From Lama guanicoe (taxonomy: Eukaryota), in assembly GCA_013239625.1 (NCBI GenBank), contig MU053557.1:6087842-6151841 (forward strand): 64,000 nucleotides of DNA. Reading direction: 5' to 3'. The stretch's first letter is position 1; each line of letters opens with the position of its first letter. Under the pieces are notes generated by a model, which was not told the DNA's origin, made no database searches, and saw nothing but the letters and a program-made list of their open reading frames with translations. Positions 23,101 to 38,100 of the stretch are shown here, one piece after another. A program made the position numbers and the translations under genes.

Positions 23101-26100
23101 GCGTTGCTCACAGTGCCTCCCTGGACCGTGGGGGAGATAAAGGAAATCCTCCCCAACTTGGACTTGGGCCCCACTTGGTCCCTCAACGTCCCCAGAAACA
23201 CGAGGAAACTGCTGAGCCAAGAGTAAATTCAGGATGCTGTGAGGGGAGGCGATGACTCCATGTTATCCTCCTCCTCCTCCATCTTCCCTGTTTTTTAGAT
23301 GAGAAGACTGAGGTCCAAGGACAGGGGGAGCCTTGCATTAATCATCCCCACCGGCGTCTGCCCCAGATAAGCCACAGAAACCTGGAGGGCAGCAAACCTG
23401 CCTGGGGCATCTCTACAACCAGCACCACGTACAATACTCTGCCTGGATTTACACCCCTAAATCCCCCAGCCTGGGTCAGGTCACTCTTTTCTCTTGAAAA
23501 CAGGTCCCAAGGCCCCAGACTTAGCATCACCAATGCTTATCAAACACCAAGACCAAACAGAGAGGGTTACACCAGCAGGGCTAGGGACCAGTGAATGCAA
23601 ATGAGGAGGCAGAGGGGAAAGGTAAGACACACAGGAAGGGAGGAAAAGCTGAACATTGACTCAAAGGAGGAAAAGCTGAGCCTTTGGAGAATGTTTCCTT
23701 TTAAAGCCCCTCCTGTCAGCTCGCTTCTTTAACCCCTGCAATGGAAGGTGGGCAGGACTAGCCTGATCCCAACTAGGGTTCAGATGGCAAAACTGAGGCC
23801 CAGAGAGGTTTGAGGGGCTATAAGCTGGGACCAGAACCAGCCCCAGCCTGGCCCGGCCTTTCCGCCCTTTGCCTTGGCTCAGAGCAGAGGGTTTCTGCTT
23901 TACCGGGGCCCCCCCACACCCACCCAGGCCCTGTCTTCCTGGGTCCCCCTTCTCAAGGGCAGGAACCCCAGCCTGTGCTCATCCATCCCCTTCAGCAAGC
24001 TTTTCCTGAGCACATGCCGGGGTGGTGCCCTGGTGAAGACGCACACCTCCCAGTGCTGGACGGGCAGACAGACCATCAAGATACCATCACAAGGAAGTGC
24101 TGGAAGGGGTGTGAAAGGAGCTGCTGGTGCTTTAGGCACATGGAACAGGGAGGCAGGGGGACCCAAAGGAGACTCAGTGGGGAGGGAGGCCTCACAGGGG
24201 AAGCAGCACTAAAGTGAAACCTGAACAATGAGCAGGCGGCACGTTGGGGGCGAATAGCACATCCAAGGCCTGCAGGGGAGCGAGCACCGGCTCAGCATGC
24301 GGGAGTGGGAAGACAGATGGTGAGGACCACGGGGCTGCAACGAGGCTCTCAGCGCCCGCGCCCTGACCCAGGAATCAGCCCTCCTGAGCTGAGGGTCCGG
24401 GGACACTGCCATAGGGCGGGCATTGCAGCAGGGCTTGGGGAAGCCTGGCCTCCTCATGGAGCAGGGCCGAGATACCCACCCTGTTGAGCCGCTGGATCTC
24501 CTTCTCCTGGTACTCCCGCTGCCGGGTGAGCGGGCTCAGCTGATCCTGCAGGTACTTGACCTTCTGGCGCAGCTCCTTGGCCTCTGCTGTCAGCTGCTCC
24601 TTGTCGGTCTGCAGGGAACACAGGGCTGGTAAGCAGCGGGCCTGGGCTCCTGACTGCCTGCCCCACCCCACACGCAGCCATGCCTCTCCTCGCTCTCACC
24701 CCGCAGTCCCCAAGATTTCATGCACAAGGCTCTGGTGAGAGCGGTAATGTCCGCACAGTTCTGTCTTCAAGGAAGAGGCTGCTCAGCTGAGTGAAAGGCC
24801 CTGGGTTCCGCCACTGGCTCCTCTCACAGCGAGTTGAGCCCTCAGGCACTGTTACAGCCCTTTCTCGCCTAAGCTCACCTATCTGCCATGGACAAGGGGC
24901 TCATAACATGAGTCATGGATGGGCTTCGGGAGGTCCGTGAGCTCCCAAACTAAGAGCAAAATTTTGTGCAACTTTCTAGAGAAAAAAGCCATACTTTCCA
25001 CCAGATTAACACAGGGGTCTTCTATGATGCACAGAAAGTGATAAACTGAAGGTCTCCAAAGGTCCTTTCAGCTCTTATGGTCTCTGAGCCCAGAGGAGAA
25101 AAGGCCCTCAAAGAAATAAACACAGCATAAGGCAAAAAGGGTTCCTGCACAGAGAAGCAAAGTACCGTGAGGTTACAGAGAGAACACTAAGCTGAAAAGA
25201 AACCAGGGCAGGCTTCAAGGTGGAAGCGTTGGCTCCATACCTACTATGGAACAATCAAAGTGCTTCACTGCAAAGAGCCACAGCTGGAATGGCCCTTAGA
25301 GGGCATCAAGTCCTAGCCCTTTTCTACAACAGGAAATGAGAGGGGCAGTGACTTACTCAAGCTACACAGTAGCTGGGGCTAGGCAAGAACCCAGGTCTCC
25401 TAATTCCGGGGCTCTCTCCCCCCTTGCAAGCTAAAGGAATTGTTTAAAATAGAAGAGGGCAGCACGCTGCACCCCCACATTAAACCGTCTACTTTTGTGT
25501 GTACAAGAGATAAGAGGCCGAGAAAGACACACCGAAATGGTACAGTGGTTACCACTGGGGAGGGCCTGGAACTGGGGGATGGAGGTGATGAGGGGAGATG
25601 GTCCAGGGAACCTCTCACTGTATCTGTGTCATGTGGACATTTCACACCTATGTATTCACAGCATGTGGACTAGGAGGTGGCCACAGGGGTTTGTTTTCAT
25701 CCCAGCCCTGCTTGATATTCTGCAAGCTAGCTGGTGAGGTGCTTCCAGCCAGAGATCACTCAGGGCAGACTTGGTCCCATCTTGTGGGAGTCGTTGCTGA
25801 CTCCCCAGTTAAGAGGCTCTCGGGTCAATGTGGCCTCTGTCACCATGTATCCTTATCCACAGGGCCACACTTTGTCGTGAAACATCCCACCTTTCCCCCA
25901 GCTGACAGGGAAGTACTGGTGCCAGGGACTTGTCTCACATCCGGTGTGAGCCCGGGCCCGGCTGACAGGCCAAGGTGTGACTGTGTACTTGTGAGAAAAG
26001 ACAGGCAGTGTCCTCCCAAACATGCTTCTCCAAGGCACGGGGCGGTCATCAAGGCAGGCTGGGCGATAAGGCCCCTGGGTGTCACATGCTGACGGGAGGG

Positions 26101-29100
26101 AACTCTGAAATGCGGCCTATGTTGGAAACGGCCATTTCTAAGTCAGGGAAAAGCCCGGCCGATGCCCAGTTCTCATGAAGGAGAAGACATCGTGGCATAA
26201 ATAAAATCTCCAGAGTCTGGAGGCCAAATGGCTTTTCCTGAAGGGCCTTGGTTGGTGTCAGTTACTCATAAGACAGATCAGATGCTACTTCTTCAGGGGA
26301 CCTGCCCCTGGGCACCCCCCCAGAATGAATCCAGTCCCCCTTTATGCCCTCTCCCTGATCCCTGTAATTTCTCCTGTGCCATAGTTAACACACTTCTATT
26401 CATCCGCTTCTGTAATTAAACATTCCACATCTCTTCCCCCAAGAGAAGGACTGAACTGTCACCGCTGAGTCTCTGTGCCCAGCACAGCGCCGGTGCATGA
26501 TCTGCTGAACAGTGACTAGGAGAATGACGAAAGGGAGCTTGTCTAGTGCTGGAGCCCCTCCCCCACAAACAGCAGACCCCACGGGAAACACCCAGAGCAC
26601 CCACCCCATCAAGTGTAACAGAGTCTGCTGAATCCCTTTTACATTCGTGCTTCCCTCTAGAGTTCCCTAAAGATTGTAATCGAACAAAAAGCTCTTCTGT
26701 ATGAAAACAAGAAAAAAAAAAAAGAAAAGAATAGCTAATTGAAGCCCCTCAGTTTTCAGATGGGAAACTGAGGCACCGGGAAGGGATGTGCTTTTGTCTT
26801 GGGCCACACAGCCCTTGAGCACGAGAGCCAGAGCCGGAAGCCCGGTCCCTGCCTCCCATCCCTGCATGTCGACTCCACTGAGCTCCAGGATGACGGGAGG
26901 GGAGAGCAGGCCCCCGGAGCTGAACCTGCAGAGCCAGCAGTCACACTTGCCTCCTCCATTTCAATCTTGGACTTGGCCAGGAGGAGCTTGCGGTCAAAGT
27001 CACGCTGCTTCTGCTCCCGCTCAGCCTCCAGGTCAGTCACCTGCTTCTGCAGGTCCGCCAGCTTCTGGCGCAGCTCGGTGATCTGGGTTCAGAGGCAGAG
27101 AGACAGAGCGTGTGAGGGCCAGGGTGAATGTCCAAGGTTCAATGGCTGCTGTGAGGGAAGCAGCGTGCAGAACGCTGGGGAGGCCCCGAGAGCCCAGCTG
27201 AGAAGCAGGGGTCCAGCCTTGAGTTCCCGTCACCCCCACGCTACCTTCTGCTCGTACTGCTGCTTCATGGACCGGAAATGCTGGTCCCACTGCTTGTTCA
27301 CTTCCAGCAGCTGCGGGGAAGACATTGGGGTGGGCAGGAGGTGAGCAGAGAAGGACCAAAGAGAGCCAACTCCACCCACACCAGCTTCCCAGGTGCATGG
27401 AGCGTGTGTGGACGGCGGCTACGCACACTGCCTCCATCCTGCGCTTCTCAAACACCTTCCTCAAAGGGAGTCACTTTTATCAACCACCACATTTTACCAC
27501 TGCCAGGAAAGGAAGACTAGCACCAAGGCACAGAAGCAGTACACAGTTTTGGTTTAGAATTATGGAACACACACCCATGTACAGGGCAATATGGGACCAT
27601 GTATTAAAACATCAAGTTCTGCTTCTCTTTAGCCAAATAATTCCACTCTGAAAAACGTAACCAAGAGAAGCACTTGAACAGGTGTGTAAGAAATACGGGC
27701 ACTGCTGATCATCTCAGCAATGTTTATATTGCAAAAAACAAGAAAACCTAGGGGCCAACGTGAGCATTGGAAATAAGTTAAGGAAATTATAGAATAAACA
27801 GAGAAGGGAGGACTGGGGAGCTCTTCAGAAAGTCAAGTGTCTAATACATTGCCTCTGCTCTAGGATGACACTAATTATTTGCCATAATCTTGATATAACA
27901 GCAATCCTTCAGGGAAGAAGAAAGAACCTAACACATTAAATAGATGAAACAATGGGAAAGGGTATTCCAATTTCAGAAACGTTAATATATGATAAAAAGT
28001 ATTCAGAATGAAAGGAACAGAGAGTATGTTTGATACATAAATATCCTCAAAGACAGAGTTAATTCTAAGAAAAGAAAGGAAAAGCAATCTGTAATGCAGT
28101 AGGTGTGATGTCATTTTTACAAACATTATACACTAGTAAGTACATAGCAAAAATTGAGGCATATGCAATTAACTTTTTCAGCTGTGGTCATCCCCAGCCA
28201 GTGAGACTCTCGATCTTTATATAATGAGCATTGTATTACTTAAGTAATCGAAAAAAATATCTTAACAGCAATACAAAAATAAAATAAAAATAAATATGCA
28301 CATAAACAAAAGATCAATAGAAACTGACTCTCAAATGTGCTGGAGGACCAGGGAGGGCAGAAAGGCCCAGGGACTGGACAAGCACCTGAGCCGTGTGGAG
28401 AGGAGGGGCTCAGAGAACAGAGACGACCAGGCCTCCACCCTGGTCCAGAAATACCAGCGCTGGGAGACAGAGGAGGAACAGGCAGGAGATACAAGGGAAG
28501 AGCCCCAACTTCTGCAGACTCCCAGCTGATTAGAAGCAGTGCTACAAGTAGGCATGGGCTCTCTCTGTCTGTGACAGTCTCTCCCTGAACCAGCTGTGTG
28601 GTGACAGATGAACTCCAGACTCCCCTTTCCTGATGCAGAAACTTGCCTCTTATCACAACCTCTTTCCACCATCCAGGGTTTACCACAGGAGCCTTCCTAA
28701 ATTACCCCCTCAACAATTTTAGACCATGTCCCAAATGCCTCCTCCTCAGAGTGACTCCTGTAGGCAGGGGGACTGATCAAGACACAAGAGCCCAGGGCAA
28801 GGCAGCATGTCTCAGCTGTGGGCAGATGGCTCAGCGGTCACCATGGCAACCGGTCACAGTGACCTGGAACTAGCTGGAGCCAGGAGGCCAAGGAAGGCCT
28901 TTGCCCCGCTGGTCCCAGGAGGCAGGAAGGGTGTTTCCTGACCACCACCACCCCGTCCAGCCACCTACCTCAGTGCGCTGCTGCTCCAGCATCCTCACCT
29001 TCTTCTCAGCTGCACCCAAGGCCCCCACCTCTGAGATTTTACCTGCTGTCACACTAGCCTGAGGAGAAGCACAGAGGTGCCTTCAGCAAAGCCTCAAGTA

Positions 29101-32100
29101 ACAATTCTCTCACCCATTCAGTGCTTCTTTAAGGCTGCCCAGCCCTGAGACCCAGCCCTCTGTCTCCTGCCTCTGTACCCTCCCACCCATCAGGACACTG
29201 CTACACATCCCAGCCATGACTGAGTGCCTCCAGAAGACATGGAGATCACTATTCCCCACCCCTGATGGCAGGGCCTCCTAGGCTCTTCCCTCCCCCTCCC
29301 CCCTCCTCCCGATGGCCACTTCTTTCCCTGCCCAGGCTCTAGCTCTAAGCACTGCCAGCTGCCCTCCCTTTCCACTCCCATCAGCCAAAAATCCTCTGGC
29401 CAAGGAGGCCAGTGTTACATGTTTTTTTTTTTTAACATTTTACAAAATGTTTGCTCTTTAATGTTTTTTTTAAAAAGATACACAAATAAAGATGTGTGTG
29501 CATGGGTGATGAGTACATGGATTTCCTGGCTCTGACCTCTCAGAGGACCCAAAGCAATGTCACTGCAATGGCAGTGAGCACAGATCTTGGTTTCTAAATG
29601 CCATTCTCCAACTAAAAGAAACAGGGCTCCTTGGAGAAGTGGTCAATTTCAGGGCTGGGGCAGGGAAAATACAGTGAGTAGGAAACACCTTACAGGGCCA
29701 GAAAGTAAGGAAGTGCTTGGTCATCAGAATAATATTAAGAAGGAGATGGGCGTGTCACATGGGCAAAGGGGACAACTTGAAAAAGCTTCTTATCACCAAA
29801 GCTGGAAAAACGTGAACGAGAAAATAAATTGCGATTATGTTGGATTATAAACCAAAGAACAAAATAAATATCCTTGAGTCCGTATTAATAGAAAGAAATA
29901 GATGAATAAATAAATAAATGGGGGAGAAGGAACAACTCCTCTTTACAGGAGAGTTCCAATGAATAAACAGAGAAGGAATGAGGGAAATACAAAATCGCCA
30001 TTAGAATAGTTCGTGATAAAAATCACTGCCGGTGAGATCCCCCAGGGGATGCCAAAATTAGTGTATGGAAACAGAGGACACCTGCAGCCTCCAAGTTTCT
30101 CCTCAAAGATAAGTATTTGTTTTAAAAAAGTAAGTATTTGTTCATTACAAAGGGGAGATAGATCCCTTTACTACAGAGAAAACTGACAAGACACTCCTTT
30201 AGTCAAACAACCAAGATTAACAGTAAATAGACACAGTGACATCATGTACCCTTGACATGATGCAAGATGTCACTCCCACGGTCTGCTCGTCCAAGTCCAT
30301 AACATCAGCCTCAGCATGAGGAAACATCAGGTGGTCCCCAGACTGAGGGACATCCCACAAAGTAACTGACCAGTGTAACTCAAAAGCCTCAAGCACGTGA
30401 GAGATAAGAACCACTGGGGACTGTCACAGACAGAGGAGGCCAAAGATACACATGACAACTAAATGCAATGGGGGGTCCTGGATTCAATCCTGGTACAGAA
30501 AAAGGACATGAGTAAAAACTGGTGAACTCGAACAAAGTCTGTAGCTCCGTTCATAGTCCTGCATCCGTGTTCCTCTCCTGGTTTTGATTAACTGAACCAC
30601 GGTCATGTAAGATGTTAAGGGGATGGGGATATGGGCACCCTCTGGACTATTTTTGCCTCTCTTCTGTCTAAGTTTAAAGTTATTTCAAAATACAAAGTTT
30701 AAAAAATTATTTTTTAAAATAAGAACTGTTGAGGTGAAATGGCAGAACGAAGCTAGCAATCCAGACGTTGAGCACCAGCTCTACCTCCAAGGCCCTGCAT
30801 GATGGAGGCCAAGACTCACACCTTCTCTGGGCCTCGGCACAAGGAGAAGACCAGTCAGGATGGTCTCTGAAGGCCCCAGCCTCTGACAGTCTGAGGGCCT
30901 GACAGCAACTGTCCCAGAGTCACTGCCCACATTCTATGTCCTGCCTTCCCAAACTCCTCCACACTCCTCCGTGGCTTTGGTGGGGCCTGAGTGCAGAACT
31001 TGTGGGGCTCAAGTGCCCCCTACAGGCTAAGGTCTGTAAGCACATCACAGAACCAGGGAGTAGGGGGAGAGGGAGGGCTGGGGGGACACCCTCCAGGGAC
31101 CATTACCTCTTTTAAGGAAAGTGAGAGATGGGCCTTCCCCTAGAAGCCAGCTGCCTCCTGGAGGGGAGCTGTGCTTAGCCTTACTGGAGGAGGAGGAAGA
31201 AGGTGTGTCATGCTCCTAGGGACGCATCCCTAACCTCCACGAAAAAGAGGAGTCCGCCGACCTGGCTGCCGGCACCAAATCTGCCATTAAAAGCAATGGC
31301 CAATGCTCCCTGTCCACCACATGCCAAGTGTTAGATCTACTTTACAAATGTCACATCGCTGAATCCGCTAATCACCCTCTGGGGTAGGTGTTATTATCTC
31401 ATTTTACAGAGGAGGAAACTGAGGCCAGAGGGTTTATGCAACTTGTCCAAGACAGATGCACCAACAAGAAGGAGAGCCAGCATTCAACTCATGACACTCC
31501 AGGGTATGGGCTTCACCACCGCCCACAATGCATGCCCCCTGTGGGGCCTTCCTCCCTGGCAGGGCGATAAGAGCATCTGGCCTTTCCAAGGAGTCCAGTG
31601 AGATGAGCTGATGTTGAGGGCTTTGGGTGAGAGAAGGGGCCTGCCCACAGACTTCCGAGAAGCCAGGGGTGATTAGGAGAGTCGGCAAGTCACTTCCATA
31701 AGAGGGCAGGCAAAGCAGGCTCTGAGTTGAGGGGTAAATGGAAGAGGAGAGGGGCTTCACGGGCTGGGATTCAGGAGGCCATTCATCAGCATGTTGCCTA
31801 CCCACACCCCGTCTGCCTGAGAGCAGGTGGATACGGGAATCTTGATGTGATGTCACAGGCCCTTTCCAAAACTCCTGCCATGGAGCAAGAGTCCCAGTCC
31901 TGCCTTCCTGACATGCAGAAGGAGGTCCAAATCAGATAATGGATTTGCAAATTCTAAGTAAACTCTTCATTGCCACATAGTCATGGATAATTAAGTTATT
32001 AGGATAATTGTTAGTATTACATAGGTGTGGGGTTTGTTAAAGACGCTGAATCCTGCTGTGCAGCCGTTAAACCTCATTAAAGGGGGAAAGCGTATCAGTG

Positions 32101-35100
32101 AAAAGGCTGAGATTCAGCTCTGCAAGGGGAAAGGCACAGACTTGGCCAAGGGGACAGCCAGCTCCCTCCTGCTCAGGAACTGGATGTGAGCCAGTGCTGG
32201 GAGCAGCCACACAGAGGGGGCAAGTCCGCCAGCCCAAGGCATTAACAGGCCCTGCAAGTTGGCCCACACCCTCCTCCCTGCATGTCAGAGGCCCCAGGGC
32301 GCAATCACAGGAGCTTAACAGAGTCCCCTCAGGGGCTTTCTCAACCTAACACCCTAATTCCACTAGGAGAATCAGAGTTAAACTGTTATTTACAGCCACC
32401 CTGTACCAGATCTTGACAAACTGGAATGAGTTTAGGGGACATGCCCAGATTGCACAAATGACGTGTCTTTATGAGCAATGACCAAAGGAACTGCAGCTAC
32501 TCAGCCTGGAGAAGAAAAGGCTTGTGGGGGCCACGGAGCCACAGTCCCCAGCGGCCTGGGCGCCTGCCCCAGGGGACAGGATGCTCTGTGTGGCTGATGG
32601 CAGAATAAGGGCCGAGGAGTGTAAGACCTAGGGAGGCGGACTGTCAGGCTGACCGGTGAACTGTCAGGCTGACTGACGACCAGAACCTTTTAACAGTGGA
32701 AGTGGCTGCAGCAGGAGGAGGTGAGCTCACTGTGATTAGAGGCTGGGCAGTCGGGGTGCTGAGGAAGGAGCTGCTGACCACATACCTGTGGCTGTGGGGC
32801 CACCTCCTTCTTGCCCGCACCTTCCAGCTTTGGTGAGCCTGGCTGCCCGGAGGCACCATCTTTGCCGCTGCTCGTCAACAACTTCTTGAGCTCCAGGTTT
32901 TCCTCCCTGGGTTGGAGGCAGACAGAGAGGTCACACTGCTGGCCCTGCATTGAGGGGGCTGGGGGCCTCGGACCTACTACTCATCTCAGTTGCAGGTGAG
33001 TCCTGGGGAGAAAGGCAAGTGCCTGAAACCTGCCCCTTAGGTGCAACCACAAAGGGCATCCTTAAGCCACTTTGCAGGGCTTCCCTAGAAGCCTCTGATT
33101 CTCACCACAGGGTTTCCCCAACTGTGGGATGTCTGAACACGTGAGATCTTCAGGATGCACCCACGCTGCATTAAATAACCCTGGACCACACTCCTTGAAG
33201 AAGTGACACCCTTTCCAATGATCCTCAGACTCCCTGTGTAGAGAACGCGAGGCCAAGTCTCAGTTTGGCGCTGCAGGTTTGGAGCACCTCTCTGGTACCT
33301 GCTAGTCTCCTGCGTTAACAGAGAAAGCACAGGCTTCAGGCTCGGAGACTTCAGTGGGCAATCAGCCAGAACTAACCACCATCCCTCCATCTTCACTGCA
33401 TTTGTTGTTGGAGTTATCTTCTATTTACTGCAGGTCATGCTGGTTTTCATTTACTCTAGTGCAAGCTTTCTTTATAATAATTTTAAGTAAAAGCATGATA
33501 CAAATTAACGTGAATTCTTGAGTAAATAATAGGGTGGGTGATACAAAGCATAAGAAAAACGGTGATGTGGATTCAGGTACGATTGAAATATAGAAACTAT
33601 TTCTTCATATTCTATTTGTCAGCTGGGTTCCCACACAATAATAGGAAAACAGAGAAGTAAAGTGGCTTTCCCAAGGTCAAACAGTGGGGACTGGCCCTCT
33701 TGCCTCCTAATCATGAGTCTTTTCTCCAGCCCTGGTTTTTGGTGGAGTCATTATGGCTATAAAACTCCAACTGCTTGGCCATCCAGGAGTCAATCAACAC
33801 ATATGGCCTGGAAACCGCACAGTGGTAGTCTCACACAACTCCCTCTGGGCCTCCCTTGGCCTCGGTCTCCCTCTGCACGATGAAGGGTTTGGCCCACATA
33901 ATCTCAAAGGGCCCTCCGAGCTCTGACAGTCAAGATCAGTGCTTCTCAAGTGCCATCCTGGGCCCACCCACATCATAATCTCGGAGGCCCACTGGAAAAT
34001 GCAGGTGCCCAGGCTTCTCCGCAGGCTCACTGAACGAGAATCTCAGCACAGAAGGGGCGGGGAGGGCAAACTTGTAATGCCTTCCCAGACCCTCGGTGGT
34101 CTTGATGCACAATTAAGACCCGGTAGCCTGGATGAGCAACCCCTGACTGTTCTCAGAAAAACAGCAAGACAGGATGGTGACCGGCAGGGGGCAGCAAAGT
34201 CCTGGGCCCTCTCTCCAACAGCCAGCCCGCCTGATTAACAGGCTGAGGGCGCAAGTTCCCAAGGATGGAGTGTACCTTGTATAGACCTTCTAAAACTCTC
34301 AAGGCACTTTATAAACAGGTACTCTCAAAGGTATTAAAAGAGCCAGAGACAAAACACCAAGGTACCCAAGGAGAAGGAACAAGAGACCTGACATCCAAAG
34401 CAGGGCCCTGGGCACAGGCCTCAGAGCTCTCAGCCCAGAAACCAGAGCCGCCCTCTTCCTGCCCATCTGCTCCTCACCCCTTCCTTGAGGAGCCTGGACT
34501 CACCGCAGCCTCTCAGCAGCCTGATCCCGCTGTTCCAGGCCCTTGTCCAGCTTGGCCTTCAGGGCCTCATTTTCCTTCCGAAGCTGTTCACACAGGGTCT
34601 GCGGGGCAGAGAGGGAGACGGGGGCAAGGTAAGGGAAGGGGTGCATCCCAAATCCAGGTTGATACTGGAGGGCAGGGGAGGCATCATAGCTACACCAGGT
34701 CCCAACACAGCATCCCCTTTGCATGGCCTCAGCCAATCCCTCTTGGGACAGTGGGAGCCATACCATGAGGCCCATTCAGGCTCCTCTATGCATCGTCTCC
34801 GTCAGGAGCTAGCCGTGAGGATGCCTGATCAAGAATCAGCCTAAGGGCCTTCTGGACTCCCAAGGCAAAAAGTATCAACCCTCCTCCTCCTCCTTCACTG
34901 CTGTTCCCATAGCCTAAAATGCCCTTCTCCACCAGCCTTCCCCTGGCTGACTTCTACTCCTACTTCAAGTCTCTGCCTAAATGTCACCTCCTCAGAGAAG
35001 TCCTCCCTGACTCCTACATCTCAAGTGAGTCAGGTCACCTCCACTATCCTCCACTGTTCTCACCCTTCTCTGTACCTGTGATAATTAGAGCTAAAGAACC

Positions 35101-38100
35101 AGTGGTGGTGCTACTTTCTTAATGCCCACTCCCCACCCACTGCTAGTCCATGAACTCCCAGAGGGCTGGGACCCCCTCACCACTCTCTTATCCTAGGGAT
35201 TTCTGCCGGATCCCCAGCCCAGGGCCCAGCACAGTTTGTCATTTAACTCCATTGCAGGAAGACTGAATGGCTAAATGGCTAAATGAATAAATGAAACAGG
35301 AAAACCTGAGTCCTAGGAGGCCTAAAGCCTAGTGAATTTGGACAGTGTGCGAGGTTGTGAGATGGCAAGTCGGAAGACAGGGCACTTGGTCAAAACCTCA
35401 CCAGTTCCTTGGTGTGGCTCAGGGTTCCCTTGCTTCTGAGTCACAGTTCCCTCCCCTACAAAATGGAACACCTGCTGCTTCCCTCCCCCCTTTTAGGAGC
35501 TGTGAGGACAAAGAAGACAGGGCGAGTGCAAGTGACTTGTGAGCTGCCAGGCACTTGATAACACCTAAGGACTTGCGTCTGAGTGCAATGAGGTGGGGGG
35601 CATGGAAGACAGGGACCAAAGCTACATATTTGACTCTGTTTTAAAGGTAGGCTAAATGCAGGTGACATAATTTGCAGGAGGTTGTACCACTATTAAGAAT
35701 CACCACCGGGCTTAACCTCCATCTGGCAGACCCTAAACTGTGCCTCCTTCCCCTGTGATGAAGGAGCAGAGAAGGGAGATGGCAGCCTGTGAGCTGGGCT
35801 GGGGGCACAGACACTCTCCTGCATCTATTTCCCAGGTTCGCCGTGATCGCGTGACTAGTTCTGGCCGATGAAAGGTGAGTGGAAGGGACGAGTGTCACTT
35901 CTGGGCTCGGCCATGCACCATCCTCTGGTCTCTTTTTCCCAGAGGCTGCCTCATATTCCAAAGGGCACAGGGCAGTGGGCCTCTACGTGAGTGCAGAGCA
36001 GAAACAAGCCCCAGCCACACAGACGTGAGGGAAAACTTTTACGTTACGAGTTGTTTGTTTCCACAGCAAAACTGAGCCCCTCCTGCCCAACACAGGGGAG
36101 ACCTGGGAAGGCTGGATGGAGGAGACAGCCTGGAACTGGTGGGGACTCAGACACGAAGGAAGAGAAAACCACTGTGACTGGCTGCAGTGCCCAGCAGAGG
36201 CCTTGTGCCAAACCTGGCCTTGGAAGTGCTGAGTGAACCAAGAAACCAATCAGTGTATGAATGAGGAGGAACCGGATTATTCTGCCTCCACCCACAGGTT
36301 GGGCAAATACCCAGGATGCCATGGCCCTGGGCAGGGCCTCCAGGGAACAGAACGCCCTGCTGTGGTCACTACAGGAGGCCAGGACAAGGCCTCACATGCT
36401 CTCTGCCCTTCCAGGCTAGAGGGCTATTTCCTCCGAGTCTCTGGGCAAATGTCCTGGGCACAAAGCAGCTGATGGACAGAATTCATCACAAAGGTCATCA
36501 CTTTCCACCGAAGGGGTTAAGAGAGCTCCTCTGTGAGCTCCTTTGTTCACTCATTCATTCGTTCATTCACCAAATGCACACTCAGCACGTATTAAGTGCC
36601 AGACATTGGGGTACAGTGGTGAATACACAGACAAGGTACCTGCCCCTCTTGTGAGCTTACATTCTAGCAGGGAGCACAAGGGGAAAAACACAAAGTAAGT
36701 AAACCGCTTAATAAAATAAAATTATGACAAATTATGAGAAGAGCTAAGAAGGAAACAAACGGGAGTCTGGTATAAAAATAACAGGTTGGCAGGACCCCTT
36801 TTATGAGGCCTAGTATCAATCCTCATTTCAAAGCTGAAAAGGAGACACTCAGAGTGATCCCATTCCATGCAGTGCACCAGGTTCACCTGCTCAGAGCTCA
36901 CCTTGACATCCCGAGCCTCGCCGACTGACAACCGAAGGCTGTCTCCCTCAGCCTGGCCCTCCAGGCTCCAGTCACTACTCCCAGAGTAGCCCCTCATCTG
37001 TCTTCCGCCTGGACACCCCTCCTGCTCTTGCCGACCCAGGCCCTTCCCAAGGCTGCACACAGCTAACACCTCCCGCCACCCATCAACTGGTCACTCCAAT
37101 GTTACAGACATGAGTGAGACCACAGGGCGGTGACTGGCACAGAGGAGGGAGGAAGGCTTCCAGTTACAGCTCTGTCACTAAGGGGACAAGTGCTCAGGGC
37201 CTAAGCAGGCCCTCTTGGAGCCTCAGTTTCACCACCTGTGAACCTTTCCCTACTCCCAAGCCCTCGAGGCTCAGATCCCCTGCCCAGTGTGGATGCCCAA
37301 TCACCACAAAATCACTGACCACTTTTCAAGCACTTACTATGTTCTCGACGCTACTAGGGGCTTCATTTAATACTCACTGCAGTTCCCTGAGGGAGGAAGC
37401 TCCAGACCCATGTTACCGATGAGGACATTGAGGGACAGAGAGGATAAGTGACTTGTTTAAGGTCAGAGAGCAACAAAGAGTCACTGCTGGAACCAAGGAC
37501 CAAATGGCCCAAGGCCTGGCCTGGTCTAGGAAGAAAATCTGACTTCATTCCCATTTTCGTAACAGGGAGGGTTATGGAAGAAAGCTCCCTCTCTTGGGGG
37601 AGGCAGGTTACGGGACTTAAGAGCATGGGCTTTGGGACATGACAGATCAAAGTTCAAATCCCAGCTGCACCATCTACTAGCTGGGTGATCTCAGGCAAAA
37701 ATAAAAAAAAGTCACCTCTGAGAGCTATGGTGGGGATAATGATGGTCCTACCGCAGGGGTGGGGCAGACATACGAGAGGCCATCCTCTGTCCCCTCTCTC
37801 CCCACCTGTATGTGAAGAACAAGAAAGGCCGAGCTGCTGCCGACCTACCCACAGCCAGAGGCTCAGGGGTAAACCCAACCATGAAATTTGCATCGTCCAC
37901 CCCATTATTTCCCAATTTCCTTCCTCTTCCTCGTCCCTTCCCACAACTTCCTTACCCTGCTCACCATCTTGAACAAGAAGCCCAGGTCGGGCCCCCAACC
38001 TCACCCTCAGAAGTCCCCGAGGAACCCTGGACTCCCCAGCAGAGCTGGAGGAAGCGGAAGGGGAACCACACAGCCCAGCGCAGCCCAGGCCACCCTCCCC

